IMG/VR virus record: IMGVR_UViG_3300022936_000014 | Location: 1 to 42,537 of that record | DNA from: a virus | Lineage: Duplodnaviria; Caudoviricetes | DNA length: 42,537 nt | Strand: one strand, 5' to 3' | Part shown: piece by piece, positions 9,406 to 17,498 of the stretch | Layout of the letters: each line of letters begins with the position of its first letter | Numbering within the stretch: position 1 is the stretch's first letter | The notes under the pieces: model-generated | Database searches by the model: none | Seen by the model: only the letters and a program-made list of their open reading frames with translations | What the model was told of the DNA's origin: nothing | Translations under genes and position numbers: made by a program

Positions 9406-9639
9406 CTACTCTATGCATTGATCGCAATAACCAGTATTCTCCTCGTCCTCATGGATTAGCTCTCCACTCTCTGACCACCACCCACAGCCCTTACATTCCT
9501 CCATCCCATAGGTCAGCATTTCATCTTCCCAGTCTATATCTGGGTCTAACTCTAAAAATTCTACAGCACCATGGATAGTGGCGCATGTACCCTCAAGGAA
9601 CTTCGCGAGTTCTTCAACTTTAGCCGATTTATCAATCAT
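9406..9639 (-). CDS. Small acidic CxxC/CxxC zinc-finger protein
   Basis: Probable start ATG 9639 after GAGGA; CKGC..CDQC; the longer track ORF runs through a terminator. Confidence 0.6.
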   Translation of the reverse strand: MIDKSAKVEELAKFLEGTCATIHGAVEFLELDPDIDWEDEMLTYGMEECKGCGWWSESGELIHEDEENTGYCDQCIE

Positions 9640-9655
9640 TATCCCATCCTCGTAT

Positions 9656-9686
9656 GAAAAAGCCCCGCCATTGCTGACAGGGCTTA
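9656..9686 (-). terminator. Intrinsic terminator
   Basis: Minus strand AAGCCCTGTCA-GCAA-TGGCGGGGCTT-TTT; GNRA loop, G-U pairs, U tract. Confidence 0.82.
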
Positions 9687-9693
9687 TAGTATC

Positions 9694-9937
9694 CGGGGGT
9701 GGCGGACCTAATGGTATTTGTCCCAATCAACTGTGGCGCGTGGCTAGCCATGTCATAGCCCTTTGGACTCGCATTCACAATCTGATGTAGGTTACCAGAC
9801 CTACACACTCCACCGTGACCGGCTTACTAATTTATGCGGCTCGCCTAACCATTACCCTCGAATACTACTAGTGGGGCAGGGACAACATGGCTGGCTGAGA
9901 TGCGCCTACATCCGCTTCGGCGCTGAGGAAAGCCCCG
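9694..9937 (-). ncRNA. Candidate structured non-coding RNA of unknown family
   Basis: Intergenic, nested complementary segments closing 5' and 3' ends (see findings), followed by a terminator. Confidence 0.6.
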
Positions 9938-9939
9938 TG

Positions 9940-10236
9940 TTAGTTAGCCGCGTCGATCTGGCGCTTAACGCCACCCTTACGAACGTTATTGTCATGATCC
10001 AATGGATCAGCCTTAGCCTCATAACCAGCAGCACGCTCCCGCGCAAGCTCGTTCTGGCGATCAACGGCAGTCGGCATGTCCGAGGCAGTCACTTCCCCTT
10101 CCTGCTTTTCGGTCCAGGCTTCAAGGGCATTGGCGCGCAGCACAGGGCTGACGTTCTCTGGGAACGTGGTCATGTTGCCCTCGACGTAGCCGGATGCTTC
10201 GAGGTCTTTTAGCTCGTCTTTGGTGAGTTTAGCCAT
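9940..10236 (-). CDS. Hypothetical protein
   Basis: 98 aa, AGGA RBS, DPLDHDNN..KGG motif. Confidence 0.7.
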   Translation of the reverse strand: MAKLTKDELKDLEASGYVEGNMTTFPENVSPVLRANALEAWTEKQEGEVTASDMPTAVDRQNELARERAAGYEAKADPLDHDNNVRKGGVKRQIDAAN

Positions 10237-10251
10237 GGTGGTTATCCTATG

Positions 10252-10500
10252 TTAGTCGGTGTCTGAGGTTGGCGTTACAACGGCTGGCGCGGTCTCAGGT
10301 TCCTCACTCGCTACCGGCTCCAACTCCTCAAGCGTAATCCCATACTGCAAATATGTCTGCAGTCTAGCCTCAATCTCCATCCCGTTCAATAGCTGAGGCG
10401 TCACAAGCTTCGTGCCATACATGGCGTTCTGCTCGTCAATCATATCCTGCCGCACACGGTCGCGGGCCTCTTTGATCGCAGCTAGGGTGTAGCTAGGCAT
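10252..10500 (-). CDS. Hypothetical protein
   Basis: Probable ATG 10500 (MPSYTL..) after GAAGGA. Confidence 0.65.
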   Translation of the reverse strand: MPSYTLAAIKEARDRVRQDMIDEQNAMYGTKLVTPQLLNGMEIEARLQTYLQYGITLEELEPVASEEPETAPAVVTPTSDTD

Positions 10501-10756
10501 ATCCTTCGACCCCGCGCAGTGCGTTAGCTTTAAAATCATCACCGAAATCGCCAATACTTTCGACGCACACGGCGCAACGTTCTGTCTCAGCAGCTATGGC
10601 CAGAGCAAAGTCATATGTGAGTCGGTCTGCTAATGTAGCAATAGGCAGAGCCTTAGCAGTGTTGGGCCAACATTCATTAACCCACCAAAGATAATCGTTC
10701 GCCTTTTGCGCAGCATCGTTCCAAACTTCTTGGCTGATACCCTCTGGCTTAGTCAT
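10493..10756 (-). CDS. Hypothetical protein (similar to 14241-14492)
   Basis: 87 aa, MTKPE..VW..AIAAETERCA. Confidence 0.65.
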   Translation of the reverse strand: MTKPEGISQEVWNDAAQKANDYLWWVNECWPNTAKALPIATLADRLTYDFALAIAAETERCAVCVESIGDFGDDFKANALRGVEGYA

Positions 10757-10757
10757 C

Positions 10758-12134
10758 CTACCGTCTCCTCATCCTCATCTGCGGCGCAACTATGCCATCT
10801 TCGTCCGAAACGGGCAAGGGGGTTTCCACCACGGCTGGCGCTCGAATGCCAGCGTTGACCGCAAACTCCCCAAACCCATCTGCAGCATGCGAATGCTCAT
10901 CATGCAGCGGTCCAAGGTAAATCCCAAGGTTTTCGTTCATCTTTCGGCTGTACCGGCGCAGGTGGTTCAAACCTAACACGACCCGTTCAGTCTGGTTAAA
11001 CTCGCACATCGGCAATAGCTGGCGAACAGCGTTGATCCGATCCTCTGGGGCCATAGGCACGCCACGGTTGATCGTACCTAGCGGCACACCCAGGCCATTG
11101 ACCGTCTGGATACGCGTCTTAGCGCCTGCGCCCCATTCTCGCATGCCCACGTCATGAGGGAAGAAATGCCGCTTGTAGCTGTAGCCAATACCCCGATGTA
11201 GCAGCAGAAGCGCCTCTACGCGGTCCTGTACGTCCGCTGTGTACTCCGGCATAGCCGAGGCGACAATCTCCGCCGCACCAAGCCCGCTGGCCTCGTAATA
11301 GTCGATGATCCTGACGCGAGGCACACCATCGGGATAGTACACCTGATAAAACCAGATGACCGTGTAGTCATCGACGCCCAAGTCCCAGGACGTGAACACC
11401 TGACCCAGCGCAGGATCATACGGGAACGCGCCAACCCATCCCTTACGCTCCAGTGCGGCGATATGTTTGGCGAAGTACGCGCCAGCCGTGATGCGCTCGT
11501 AGCCGCCGCCCCATACGTGGTCAGCCATCTCAGGATCGCTGGCGTAGTCCTGGTCTTTCTCAGCCTTCAGTGTGCCGTTGAACCAAGGGTTGTCATGCCA
11601 GTTGATGTTGATGATGATGGCGTCTTTTGGCGGGTTTCCGCCGCGAAAGAACTTGTCCACAGGGTCAGTCTCGAACCGTGGGTTCCATGAGAACCAAATC
11701 TCAGAACCATCCTTACGGATCGTCGGGCGTAGCATCCTTAGCGAGGTCTCGGAGAACGTTTGGGCCTCCTCGACCCATGCTCCATCAAAGTCCTCCAGTG
11801 ATTTAAGGTTTGCAGCGTTGAAGCTCTGCATGCCCTTGAATATGATTATACCACCGTGTGGGCAGCGTATTTCAGCCTCTAGCACCTCAAACTGATCCTC
11901 GACGCCGAACTTGGCAATCTTGTCAATCAGCAGTTGGCGCACGCTTTCACGCAATGACCCCTGCACCTCACGAATGCAAGCAAAGCGCGTCTTGCGCATC
12001 AAGCAGCGCTCTATAAGCTTCTCAGCGAAGAAATGGGATTTGGTGCCACCACGGCCACCGTGCAGAGCTATGTACCGGGCAGGCTCTAGCGCAGGGACAA
12101 GCTTTCGGGGAACGTCGATGACGAGTTCGGTCAT
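10758..12134 (-). CDS. terL: Terminase large subunit (PBSX/Terminase_3-like)
   Basis: Walker A GGRGGTKS, Walker B WVEEAQ, SWNP coupling motif, nuclease WDLG..D and HAADG. Confidence 0.95.
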   Translation of the reverse strand: MTELVIDVPRKLVPALEPARYIALHGGRGGTKSHFFAEKLIERCLMRKTRFACIREVQGSLRESVRQLLIDKIAKFGVEDQFEVLEAEIRCPHGGIIIFKGMQSFNAANLKSLEDFDGAWVEEAQTFSETSLRMLRPTIRKDGSEIWFSWNPRFETDPVDKFFRGGNPPKDAIIININWHDNPWFNGTLKAEKDQDYASDPEMADHVWGGGYERITAGAYFAKHIAALERKGWVGAFPYDPALGQVFTSWDLGVDDYTVIWFYQVYYPDGVPRVRIIDYYEASGLGAAEIVASAMPEYTADVQDRVEALLLLHRGIGYSYKRHFFPHDVGMREWGAGAKTRIQTVNGLGVPLGTINRGVPMAPEDRINAVRQLLPMCEFNQTERVVLGLNHLRRYSRKMNENLGIYLGPLHDEHSHAADGFGEFAVNAGIRAPAVVETPLPVSDEDGIVAPQMRMRRR

Positions 12135-12334
12135 TCAGGAAGATAATACTCTGTGTGGGTTAGACCGTTTTTACCATTATCAAAAACATCAACGGATTTA
12201 CCAACCACACGACCGTTATCGCTGTATCCCAGCAGTTTCCACAAACTTGTGTAAGGCCATGAGCCTTGTATCTGCGGGTGAACGTTGAGGGGTCCTACCT
12301 TTCGATAGAACTCCTCTGTTGTGACTTTCCTCAT
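12131..12334 (-). CDS. Hypothetical protein
   Basis: 67 aa, ATGA-coupled on both sides. Confidence 0.65.
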   Translation of the reverse strand: MRKVTTEEFYRKVGPLNVHPQIQGSWPYTSLWKLLGYSDNGRVVGKSVDVFDNGKNGLTHTEYYLPE

Positions 12335-12537
12335 GCCGCCAACTTCCCTGCCAAGTAGTCGGCCTCGTCCAAGATAGTCGCCACTGCGTTCTTGGTATCG
12401 AGATGCTTGGTCTGGTTTTCCATGTCCTTGACTGCAAATACCAAAGCAATGTTCTTATCGCCACCCACTGAGATCGTCTGAAGGTAGGTTGCGTAAACTG
12501 CTGCGAACTTCACGAGGGCTGCTTTGCGGCTGGTCAT
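12331..12537 (-). CDS. Hypothetical protein
   Basis: 68 aa, GGAGAG RBS, own promoter. Confidence 0.7.
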   Translation of the reverse strand: MTSRKAALVKFAAVYATYLQTISVGGDKNIALVFAVKDMENQTKHLDTKNAVATILDEADYLAGKLAA

Positions 12538-12560
12538 TTTCTCTCTCCGTTTGATGACCC

Positions 12561-12589
12561 TTTATCCCACACGCTTGCGCATACGTCAA
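12561..12589 (-). promoter_or_regulatory. Sigma70-like promoter with TTGAC-N5-CGCAA box
   Basis: TTGACG-17-GATAAA; box at 12575-12589. Confidence 0.65.
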
Positions 12590-12598
12590 CAGGTTATT

Positions 12599-12988
12599 TC
12601 AACTATTTTGCGGGTCAACAATCCGGCGCGTGATCTGCTTAATCTCAACGCCGCCAGAGTGCACGGTCTCGACCTTATCGCCGTATTTCTTGGGGACCAT
12701 TTTGCTCATGAGCCACTTGCGTGTGTCAACGCGCAGCTTGTCGCGGTTAACATCGCCGGTCAGGTCATCTGAGATATCCACCAACTGCTCTGACCAAGCC
12801 GTGGTTCGATCAGCCTGGGCCTTCGCGTACTTGTCACCAAAGGCAGGGTGTCGACCAATCCAAAGATAGACCGACTTAGCCGAAGGCATGCCCTCATCCT
12901 CACAGATCGAACGAAGGGAGCGCCCAGACGCAATCTCTGCGCAGATGGTCGCTGCAATCTCATCGTTGTAATCTGTGGGTCTGCCCAT
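12599..12988 (-). CDS. terS: Terminase small subunit (Sf6 gp1-like)
   Basis: GRPTDYNDEIAATIC..GRSLRSICEDEGMPS..KLRVDTRKWLMSKMVPKKYGDK signature. Confidence 0.9.
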   Translation of the reverse strand: MGRPTDYNDEIAATICAEIASGRSLRSICEDEGMPSAKSVYLWIGRHPAFGDKYAKAQADRTTAWSEQLVDISDDLTGDVNRDKLRVDTRKWLMSKMVPKKYGDKVETVHSGGVEIKQITRRIVDPQNS

Positions 12989-13012
12989 GCGGTCCTCTTA
13001 CCCCCAAATACC

Positions 13013-13038
13013 TAGCACGTTGCATGGCTCTGCGCAAG
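13013..13038 (-). promoter_or_regulatory. Putative terS promoter (CTTGC-N16-TGCTA class)
   Basis: TTGCGC-17-TAGGTA about 25 bp upstream of the terS start. Confidence 0.55.
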
Positions 13039-13108
13039 GGCCGTCGCGTCAAGCGGGCAGCGATAGCTAGGCGGGTCTTTCGGTTCACTCAGATTGGTTC
13101 ATCGTAAT

Positions 13109-13262
13109 TTGACGATAACACAATGGGATATGACCTCTATATCTAGTTCAAAAGCTCTCTTGAACCCTTATAGACACGAGTGCTATACACTAGACTTCTC
13201 CACCTCTATACACTAGCACTATTCTCCTATATCAGATTTTCGGTTATTGAACTAAAGCTAGA
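13109..13262. repeat. AT-rich region with short direct and inverted repeats (candidate origin or packaging signal)
   Basis: CTATACACTAG at 13183 and 13206; ACCTCTATA at 13133 and 13202; inverted pairs TAGTTCAA/TTGAACTA and AGTGCTA/TAGCACT. Confidence 0.55.
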
Positions 13263-13271
13263 AGTCTGGTA

Positions 13272-13297
13272 CTTGCGGATTGGAAAAGCCCATGCTA
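13272..13297 (+). promoter_or_regulatory. Putative promoter of rightward operon (CTTGC-N16-TGCTA class)
   Basis: TTGCGG-17-TACAAG upstream of 13332. Confidence 0.55.
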
Positions 13298-13331
13298 CAA
13301 GGGTTTTTTACCACTGATACCAGAGTTCCAA

Positions 13332-13820
13332 ATGCCCAAAAGACTAGTAATTTCAGACGCAATGCGGTTTCTGATTGAGGCTTGCAGGTCTAGTGACCAG
13401 AGGTGTATTTTCTTCCCGTACGAACAAAAAGGAGTTTCCTTGGGTGGCAAAACACGCACCCCTCAATGGGTAACATGCCATGAAATCAACGGCACTCCTC
13501 CTCCCGATATGGTCCCGGTTAACACCTGCGGAGTGGTCGGCTGCATCAATGGCCGTCATTATAAGTGGGGTTCATTCCACGACATGCTTGCCTCGCGGCG
13601 CTTCAAAGAAAGGCGTGGGTCAGATAATCCCAATGCTAAATTAACTGAAGATCAGGTTGCTAGATGGAAGGCCAAAGACTGGGGGAATGGTGCTGAAAAA
13701 GGTCCGGAATCTCGAAAAGCTGGAATTTCCATCAAAACTTTAAACATGATTTTGGATGGGAAGGCATGGCAGCACGTCGAGCCTAATGCTCGCGCTGGCC
13801 TTGAAGGTGATGAATTTTGA
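13332..13820 (+). CDS. Degenerate HNH endonuclease-like protein with C-terminal DNA-binding domain
   Basis: NTCG..CINGRH pattern and GSDNPNAKLTEDQV..HTH..WQHV tail typical of phage HNH proteins. Confidence 0.7.
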   Translation: MPKRLVISDAMRFLIEACRSSDQRCIFFPYEQKGVSLGGKTRTPQWVTCHEINGTPPPDMVPVNTCGVVGCINGRHYKWGSFHDMLASRRFKERRGSDNPNAKLTEDQVARWKAKDWGNGAEKGPESRKAGISIKTLNMILDGKAWQHVEPNARAGLEGDEF

Positions 13821-14044
13821 GTTGGTGCAAGCTAAAAAACGGGCTTGAAGAGCTAATCCTGGCCGACAAATCTTTAGGTACAGGATGGTTTGTCAACATC
13901 CGATCTACGCACGGAATCTTTGTCCCTCGCTTAACAAAGGGGATTACATCTGCCGAGTTGGAAGCGCGCAGAGCCTTTGCAGAGAAACACGGCATAACGA
14001 CTGAAATAATTGCTCGCGTTATAAACAGGAAGTATCAACGATGA
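13817..14044 (+). CDS. Hypothetical protein
   Basis: 75 aa, 4-bp overlaps with neighbours. Confidence 0.5.
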   Translation: MSWCKLKNGLEELILADKSLGTGWFVNIRSTHGIFVPRLTKGITSAELEARRAFAEKHGITTEIIARVINRKYQR

Positions 14045-14244
14045 TAATGAACAAATCTGAAATTAATCTCTCTTCACTAAAGGGCTTGATGGGCCGATTG
14101 TGCCAGCATCCAACAGTGGACACTCAGGCTCGTGAAGTGCTGTTTGAAGCCATGGTTGCGCTATGTGCAATATCCGACCATGCGACGGAGCAGGGGTGGG
14201 ATTTACCGATAGTTATCGATGTACCGAAGGAGTTCTTGAAATGA
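14041..14244 (+). CDS. Hypothetical protein
   Basis: 67 aa, coupled. Confidence 0.6.
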   Translation: MIMNKSEINLSSLKGLMGRLCQHPTVDTQAREVLFEAMVALCAISDHATEQGWDLPIVIDVPKEFLK

Positions 14245-14492
14245 CCAAACCAGATTGGTGCCCAACGGATGTGTGGGAAACAGTTCGCGCCGCAGAGATG
14301 GCTACATTCGTTGCCCGTAGCACTGGCCGCAAAGTTTCAGATAAGGAGATGCTAGCCCGCGCCATCCTTGCCGAACGTGAGCGGGCTTTGGAGGAGGCGG
14401 CACAGTGCGCCTATAATATGAATGCACTTTGCTGCGGCAATGCCGTGTTCTTGGTGGCTGGAGCCATACGCGCCCTAAAGGAAACACCATGA
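14241..14492 (+). CDS. Hypothetical protein
   Basis: ATG 14241 after AAGGAG; MTKPD..VW..ARAILAERER. Confidence 0.65.
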   Translation: MTKPDWCPTDVWETVRAAEMATFVARSTGRKVSDKEMLARAILAERERALEEAAQCAYNMNALCCGNAVFLVAGAIRALKETP

Positions 14493-14755
14493 CCAACAAA
14501 AACCTAATCGATCGGCTTAGAGACCTGCCTAGACTCGATGACTGCGACGAAGCCGCCGCGCTGATCGAACAACAGGAGGCGGTTATTGCCTCTCTTATCG
14601 GTGCGCTTGAGCAGATAGCGTTCTCAGGCATTACGGACAAAGATAAACTAACAGCCTCCGCCGTGGATTATATCGATGGCGGCGGTAAGTACCCTAATGA
14701 GAGGACAGTGGCTGCTTATGCCCTCCTCGCAGCCAAAACCCATTTGGGAGAGTGA
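14489..14755 (+). CDS. Hypothetical protein
   Basis: ATG 14489 in ATGA overlap; LIDRLR..CDEAAALIE. Confidence 0.65.
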   Translation: MTNKNLIDRLRDLPRLDDCDEAAALIEQQEAVIASLIGALEQIAFSGITDKDKLTASAVDYIDGGGKYPNERTVAAYALLAAKTHLGE

Positions 14756-14756
14756 G

Positions 14757-14975
14757 ATGACCGACAAGCTAAAGTTAGACCTTATTAACTCTCTACCGCA
14801 GCCGTTTTTTACAACCTGCACGATGGGGTGGCCTGTGTATGACATCGATGTTCAAACGGGACTTATGCGGCTCGATGTGATGGGGAAGTTGGATGTTTCG
14901 CACATAGCCGAGCACTATACACTACGCGATGCGGAGGGGACTATCCATGAAACGGATGAATGGTACTGCGAATGA
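14757..14975 (+). CDS. Hypothetical protein
   Basis: ATG 14757 after GGAGAG; LINSLPQPF..WPVYDIDVQTGLMRLDV. Confidence 0.65.
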   Translation: MTDKLKLDLINSLPQPFFTTCTMGWPVYDIDVQTGLMRLDVMGKLDVSHIAEHYTLRDAEGTIHETDEWYCE

Positions 14976-15145
14976 AAGTTCCCATCACCGACCAAATCAC
15001 CGAAGCCCGCCGCTGGCTGAGTGTCCTGCCTGCGGGGGAGCGGAGGGATCGCGCGGAGGGGGTAGTGCTGACGTTGGAGTTTATGAAGGTGTATCGTTCG
15101 GATTTTTATGAGTTTATGGCGCAGCGGAGTAAGGAGACGAAATGA
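14972..15145 (+). CDS. Hypothetical protein
   Basis: ATGA-coupled; MKVPITDQITEARR. Confidence 0.6.
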   Translation: MKVPITDQITEARRWLSVLPAGERRDRAEGVVLTLEFMKVYRSDFYEFMAQRSKETK

Positions 15146-15363
15146 ATTACGTATCGGCGGCTATATTTGGTGCGATGATAGGTTGGGGGTTGGCTGCGTT
15201 TATGTGGAGTCCAATGCTAGACCGATGGATAAATGCATACGAGGGTTCGTCTGAACGGCTAACCTATTACTCTGAAGGCGCGGCCAATCGAGGCATGTTG
15301 GACATCTGCGATAAGGCTGGTGTTCAAGGTGTATATTTCAAGGATGAGTGTGACAGCAAATGA
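15142..15363 (+). CDS. Hypothetical protein with N-terminal TM segment
   Basis: 73 aa, AAGGAG RBS, hydrophobic N-terminus. Confidence 0.6.
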   Translation: MNYVSAAIFGAMIGWGLAAFMWSPMLDRWINAYEGSSERLTYYSEGAANRGMLDICDKAGVQGVYFKDECDSK

Positions 15364-15557
15364 GTGAACTCCTAAAACGCGCCGGTAACGTCGAGGTAGG
15401 CACATGGCTAGACGGCCATCCACGATGGGCATCCATCAAGTTTCACGGCCAGACTATCAAAAGCATGCAGCCGGAGGACTTGCGCGACCTGCGGTATTGC
15501 ATCGATAGGTTTCTGGTGGGGATTGAGGAGTATGATGCGCGGTTTAAAGGGAAATAA
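15360..15557 (+). CDS. Hypothetical protein
   Basis: 65 aa, coupled. Confidence 0.6.
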   Translation: MSELLKRAGNVEVGTWLDGHPRWASIKFHGQTIKSMQPEDLRDLRYCIDRFLVGIEEYDARFKGK

Positions 15558-15559
15558 GA

Positions 15560-15787
15560 ATGAAACGCAAATCAATGACCAAACCTCAACATATCGTTGC
15601 CCTTCTTATAATGCTTCCATCGCTGCCATTTGCGTTGCCTTTGGGGCTTTTGGTTCTGCTGTCGGATTGGCTCAATAGGGCTGCTGAGTGGCTTTACGAG
15701 ACTACATCGGTGCCTTTTCTGTGGGCCAATCGTAAATGGGAAGTGCGCTGCGATAAACTCAACAATCCTGACGATTACACCCATTGA
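15560..15787 (+). CDS. Hypothetical membrane protein
   Basis: 75 aa with long hydrophobic stretch. Confidence 0.6.
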   Translation: MKRKSMTKPQHIVALLIMLPSLPFALPLGLLVLLSDWLNRAAEWLYETTSVPFLWANRKWEVRCDKLNNPDDYTH

Positions 15788-15812
15788 CACTCCCGCAACA
15801 GCCATCTAAAAC
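15784..15812 (+). promoter_or_regulatory. Sigma70-like promoter with TTGAC-N5-CGCAA box
   Basis: TTGACA-17-TAAAAC; box 15784-15798; AAGGAGAG RBS downstream. Confidence 0.7.
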
Positions 15813-15841
15813 AAACGCAGAGATTAAGGAGAGATAGAATT

Positions 15842-16261
15842 ATGGCGCAGCCCACACGAGACGAATTACGAGACCTCGCAGCACGTTTGAATGCATACGC
15901 CGAGGCTGACGCTAGCCGCGAAAGCCTAGGGTCTAACAAAACCCCAACCGCCTTCCGCTGGACCTCCGAGATGTCCGCCGTATTCCCTGTTCGGCTTACG
16001 ATGTCGCAGCTTACCGCGATGTGGGAGGCTTTGCATGACGCGGCTGAGTATTCTGCTGTCGGTGCATCTGACGAGCTAACTGATGACACAGAGGGTTGGA
16101 ATGAGAACACCAACGGGAAGTACCCAAAGGGACTTAAGGACAACACTCGCGTTGAAGTGAAGTTTAGGAACGGGACAACCGACACTGACAAAATACACGC
16201 TTACGTTTGGGATTTGGACCTTACATTCAGCGCCATCACCCACTGGCGTCTAGCCAAATGA
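15842..16261 (+). CDS. Hypothetical protein
   Basis: 139 aa; C-terminal VEVKFRNG..W..ITHWR module common in phage early proteins. Confidence 0.7.
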   Translation: MAQPTRDELRDLAARLNAYAEADASRESLGSNKTPTAFRWTSEMSAVFPVRLTMSQLTAMWEALHDAAEYSAVGASDELTDDTEGWNENTNGKYPKGLKDNTRVEVKFRNGTTDTDKIHAYVWDLDLTFSAITHWRLAK

Positions 16262-16458
16262 CCATCCTCCACATCATCCGAGACGACGAACCAATCACAG
16301 TGTTTCTAGACTGGCAAAGCTGCGACGACCAACTCTATAATGTTACTGCCCACACACGCACCGGGCTTGATATCAAACTATCCCCCACCGAAGAAAACGA
16401 CGCGCTAGAGAAAATATACGGCTCGATGCCTTCGGTTAGTAATTATGAGCTTTATTGA
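16258..16458 (+). CDS. Hypothetical protein
   Basis: ATG 16258 in ATGA overlap. Confidence 0.55.
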   Translation: MTILHIIRDDEPITVFLDWQSCDDQLYNVTAHTRTGLDIKLSPTEENDALEKIYGSMPSVSNYELY

Positions 16459-16469
16459 GGAGAATGAAA

Positions 16470-16896
16470 ATGCGCATTGAAGCAGGTAAGTATTACAAGA
16501 CTCGTGATGGGCAGAAAGCCGGGCCAGCCGTCCGCTGCTCGGAGACTGTAATTCAATCATGGAAACTAATGGTAAATACCTATCCTAGATATTATAATTC
16601 AGACGGCAGTTGGATGTCTCCTGAACAAGATGAACCACTTGACCTCGTAGCCCTCTGGCAAGACCCCGCATCTCAAGGTCCCGTCCGCACCAAGACTGTG
16701 AAAGAGATTACCCCCGGAAAATGGAAAATATGGCCGGATTATAACAGGCGGTAAAGTTTTCTCGGATAGCGAATGGGTCTCCGTTGGGTTCACTAACTCA
16801 CACGGTAAGGGGAACCCTAGTCAACATCTAAACGCCAACGAACTCCGCGCCGCCGCAGCTACACTACTCGAAATTGCAGAGGCTCTCTCAGAATGA
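16470..16896 (+). pseudogene. Phage early gene frameshifted by a 7-bp tandem duplication
   Basis: GGAAAAT twice at 16716-16729; removing one copy gives a 139-aa ORF whose TGA overlaps the next ATG. Confidence 0.75.
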
Positions 16897-17147
16897 CCCG
16901 CGACCCCGACTACAACCTTTCAGTCTACGGCCATATCTCAGGCCACGGCCAGCCTTTTCTCGTCCGCGTGAAGCACCCTCGCACCAAGCTACATATTTTC
17001 TTTGAAGGCGGCACCAAAGACGAGGCCGTTAACTCCGCCGAAAGATTTTGGGCTGAATATCAGGAGGAACGCGAGGCAGCTTGGGCACGGCAGGAAGCCG
17101 GTAAGATTGCCCGCGAGATGAAGGCTAAGGAGAAGAACCGTGATTAA
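16893..17147 (+). CDS. Hypothetical protein
   Basis: 84 aa. Confidence 0.65.
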   Translation: MTRDPDYNLSVYGHISGHGQPFLVRVKHPRTKLHIFFEGGTKDEAVNSAERFWAEYQEEREAAWARQEAGKIAREMKAKEKNRD

Positions 17148-17247
17148 GACGCTAACCCACCACCCAATTTCCACAGCCCTTGCTATCCTCGCTGTCGTTT
17201 GGGTTCTAACCATGGAAAATGGAGTACTATCGTGGCTAGGACTGTAA
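17140..17247 (+). CDS. Small single-TM peptide (35 aa)
   Basis: AAGGAG then GTG; ..ISTALAILAVVWVLTMENGVLSWLGL; fills a gap. Confidence 0.45.
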   Translation: MIKTLTHHPISTALAILAVVWVLTMENGVLSWLGL

Positions 17248-17498
17248 GCCCCCTAAATTTCGTTTATAAATGGAAAGTAGGCGTTGGCCTCACAGCCGCC
17301 CTGCAAGAAGAAATCGACGTGTACGGCGACGATCACGATTTCCTCTACCTCGCAAGCCGCGTCCCAAGCGTTCAACTCATGTTTGCAACGCCAGGAGAAG
17401 CTGAGTGCGCTATCGCAGCCCGCGACGAGGCCGTGAGCGAAGCCGAAATGGTTGGTGTGGTCGCTGTTACGGAGAAGCCGGTGTGGTTGAGGCTGTAA
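17232..17498 (+). CDS. Hypothetical protein
   Basis: Probable GTG 17232 after GGAG. Confidence 0.55.
   Translation: MARTVSPLNFVYKWKVGVGLTAALQEEIDVYGDDHDFLYLASRVPSVQLMFATPGEAECAIAARDEAVSEAEMVGVVAVTEKPVWLRL

Noticed and set aside
9782-9860. Hammerhead-like CTGATG (plus) and pistol-like UGGUUAGG..UAAAU..UAAGCC (minus) words
   Set aside because: No GAAA after the stem for a hammerhead, and only about 3 bp of the pistol pseudoknot.
9694-9937. tmRNA or retron RNA interpretation
   Set aside because: Starts GGGGCU but has no T arm or CCA end; no reverse transcriptase in the genome.
9763-10212. 149-aa plus ORF over the structured region
   Set aside because: TTG start without RBS, overlaps a better minus-strand gene, no recognisable features.
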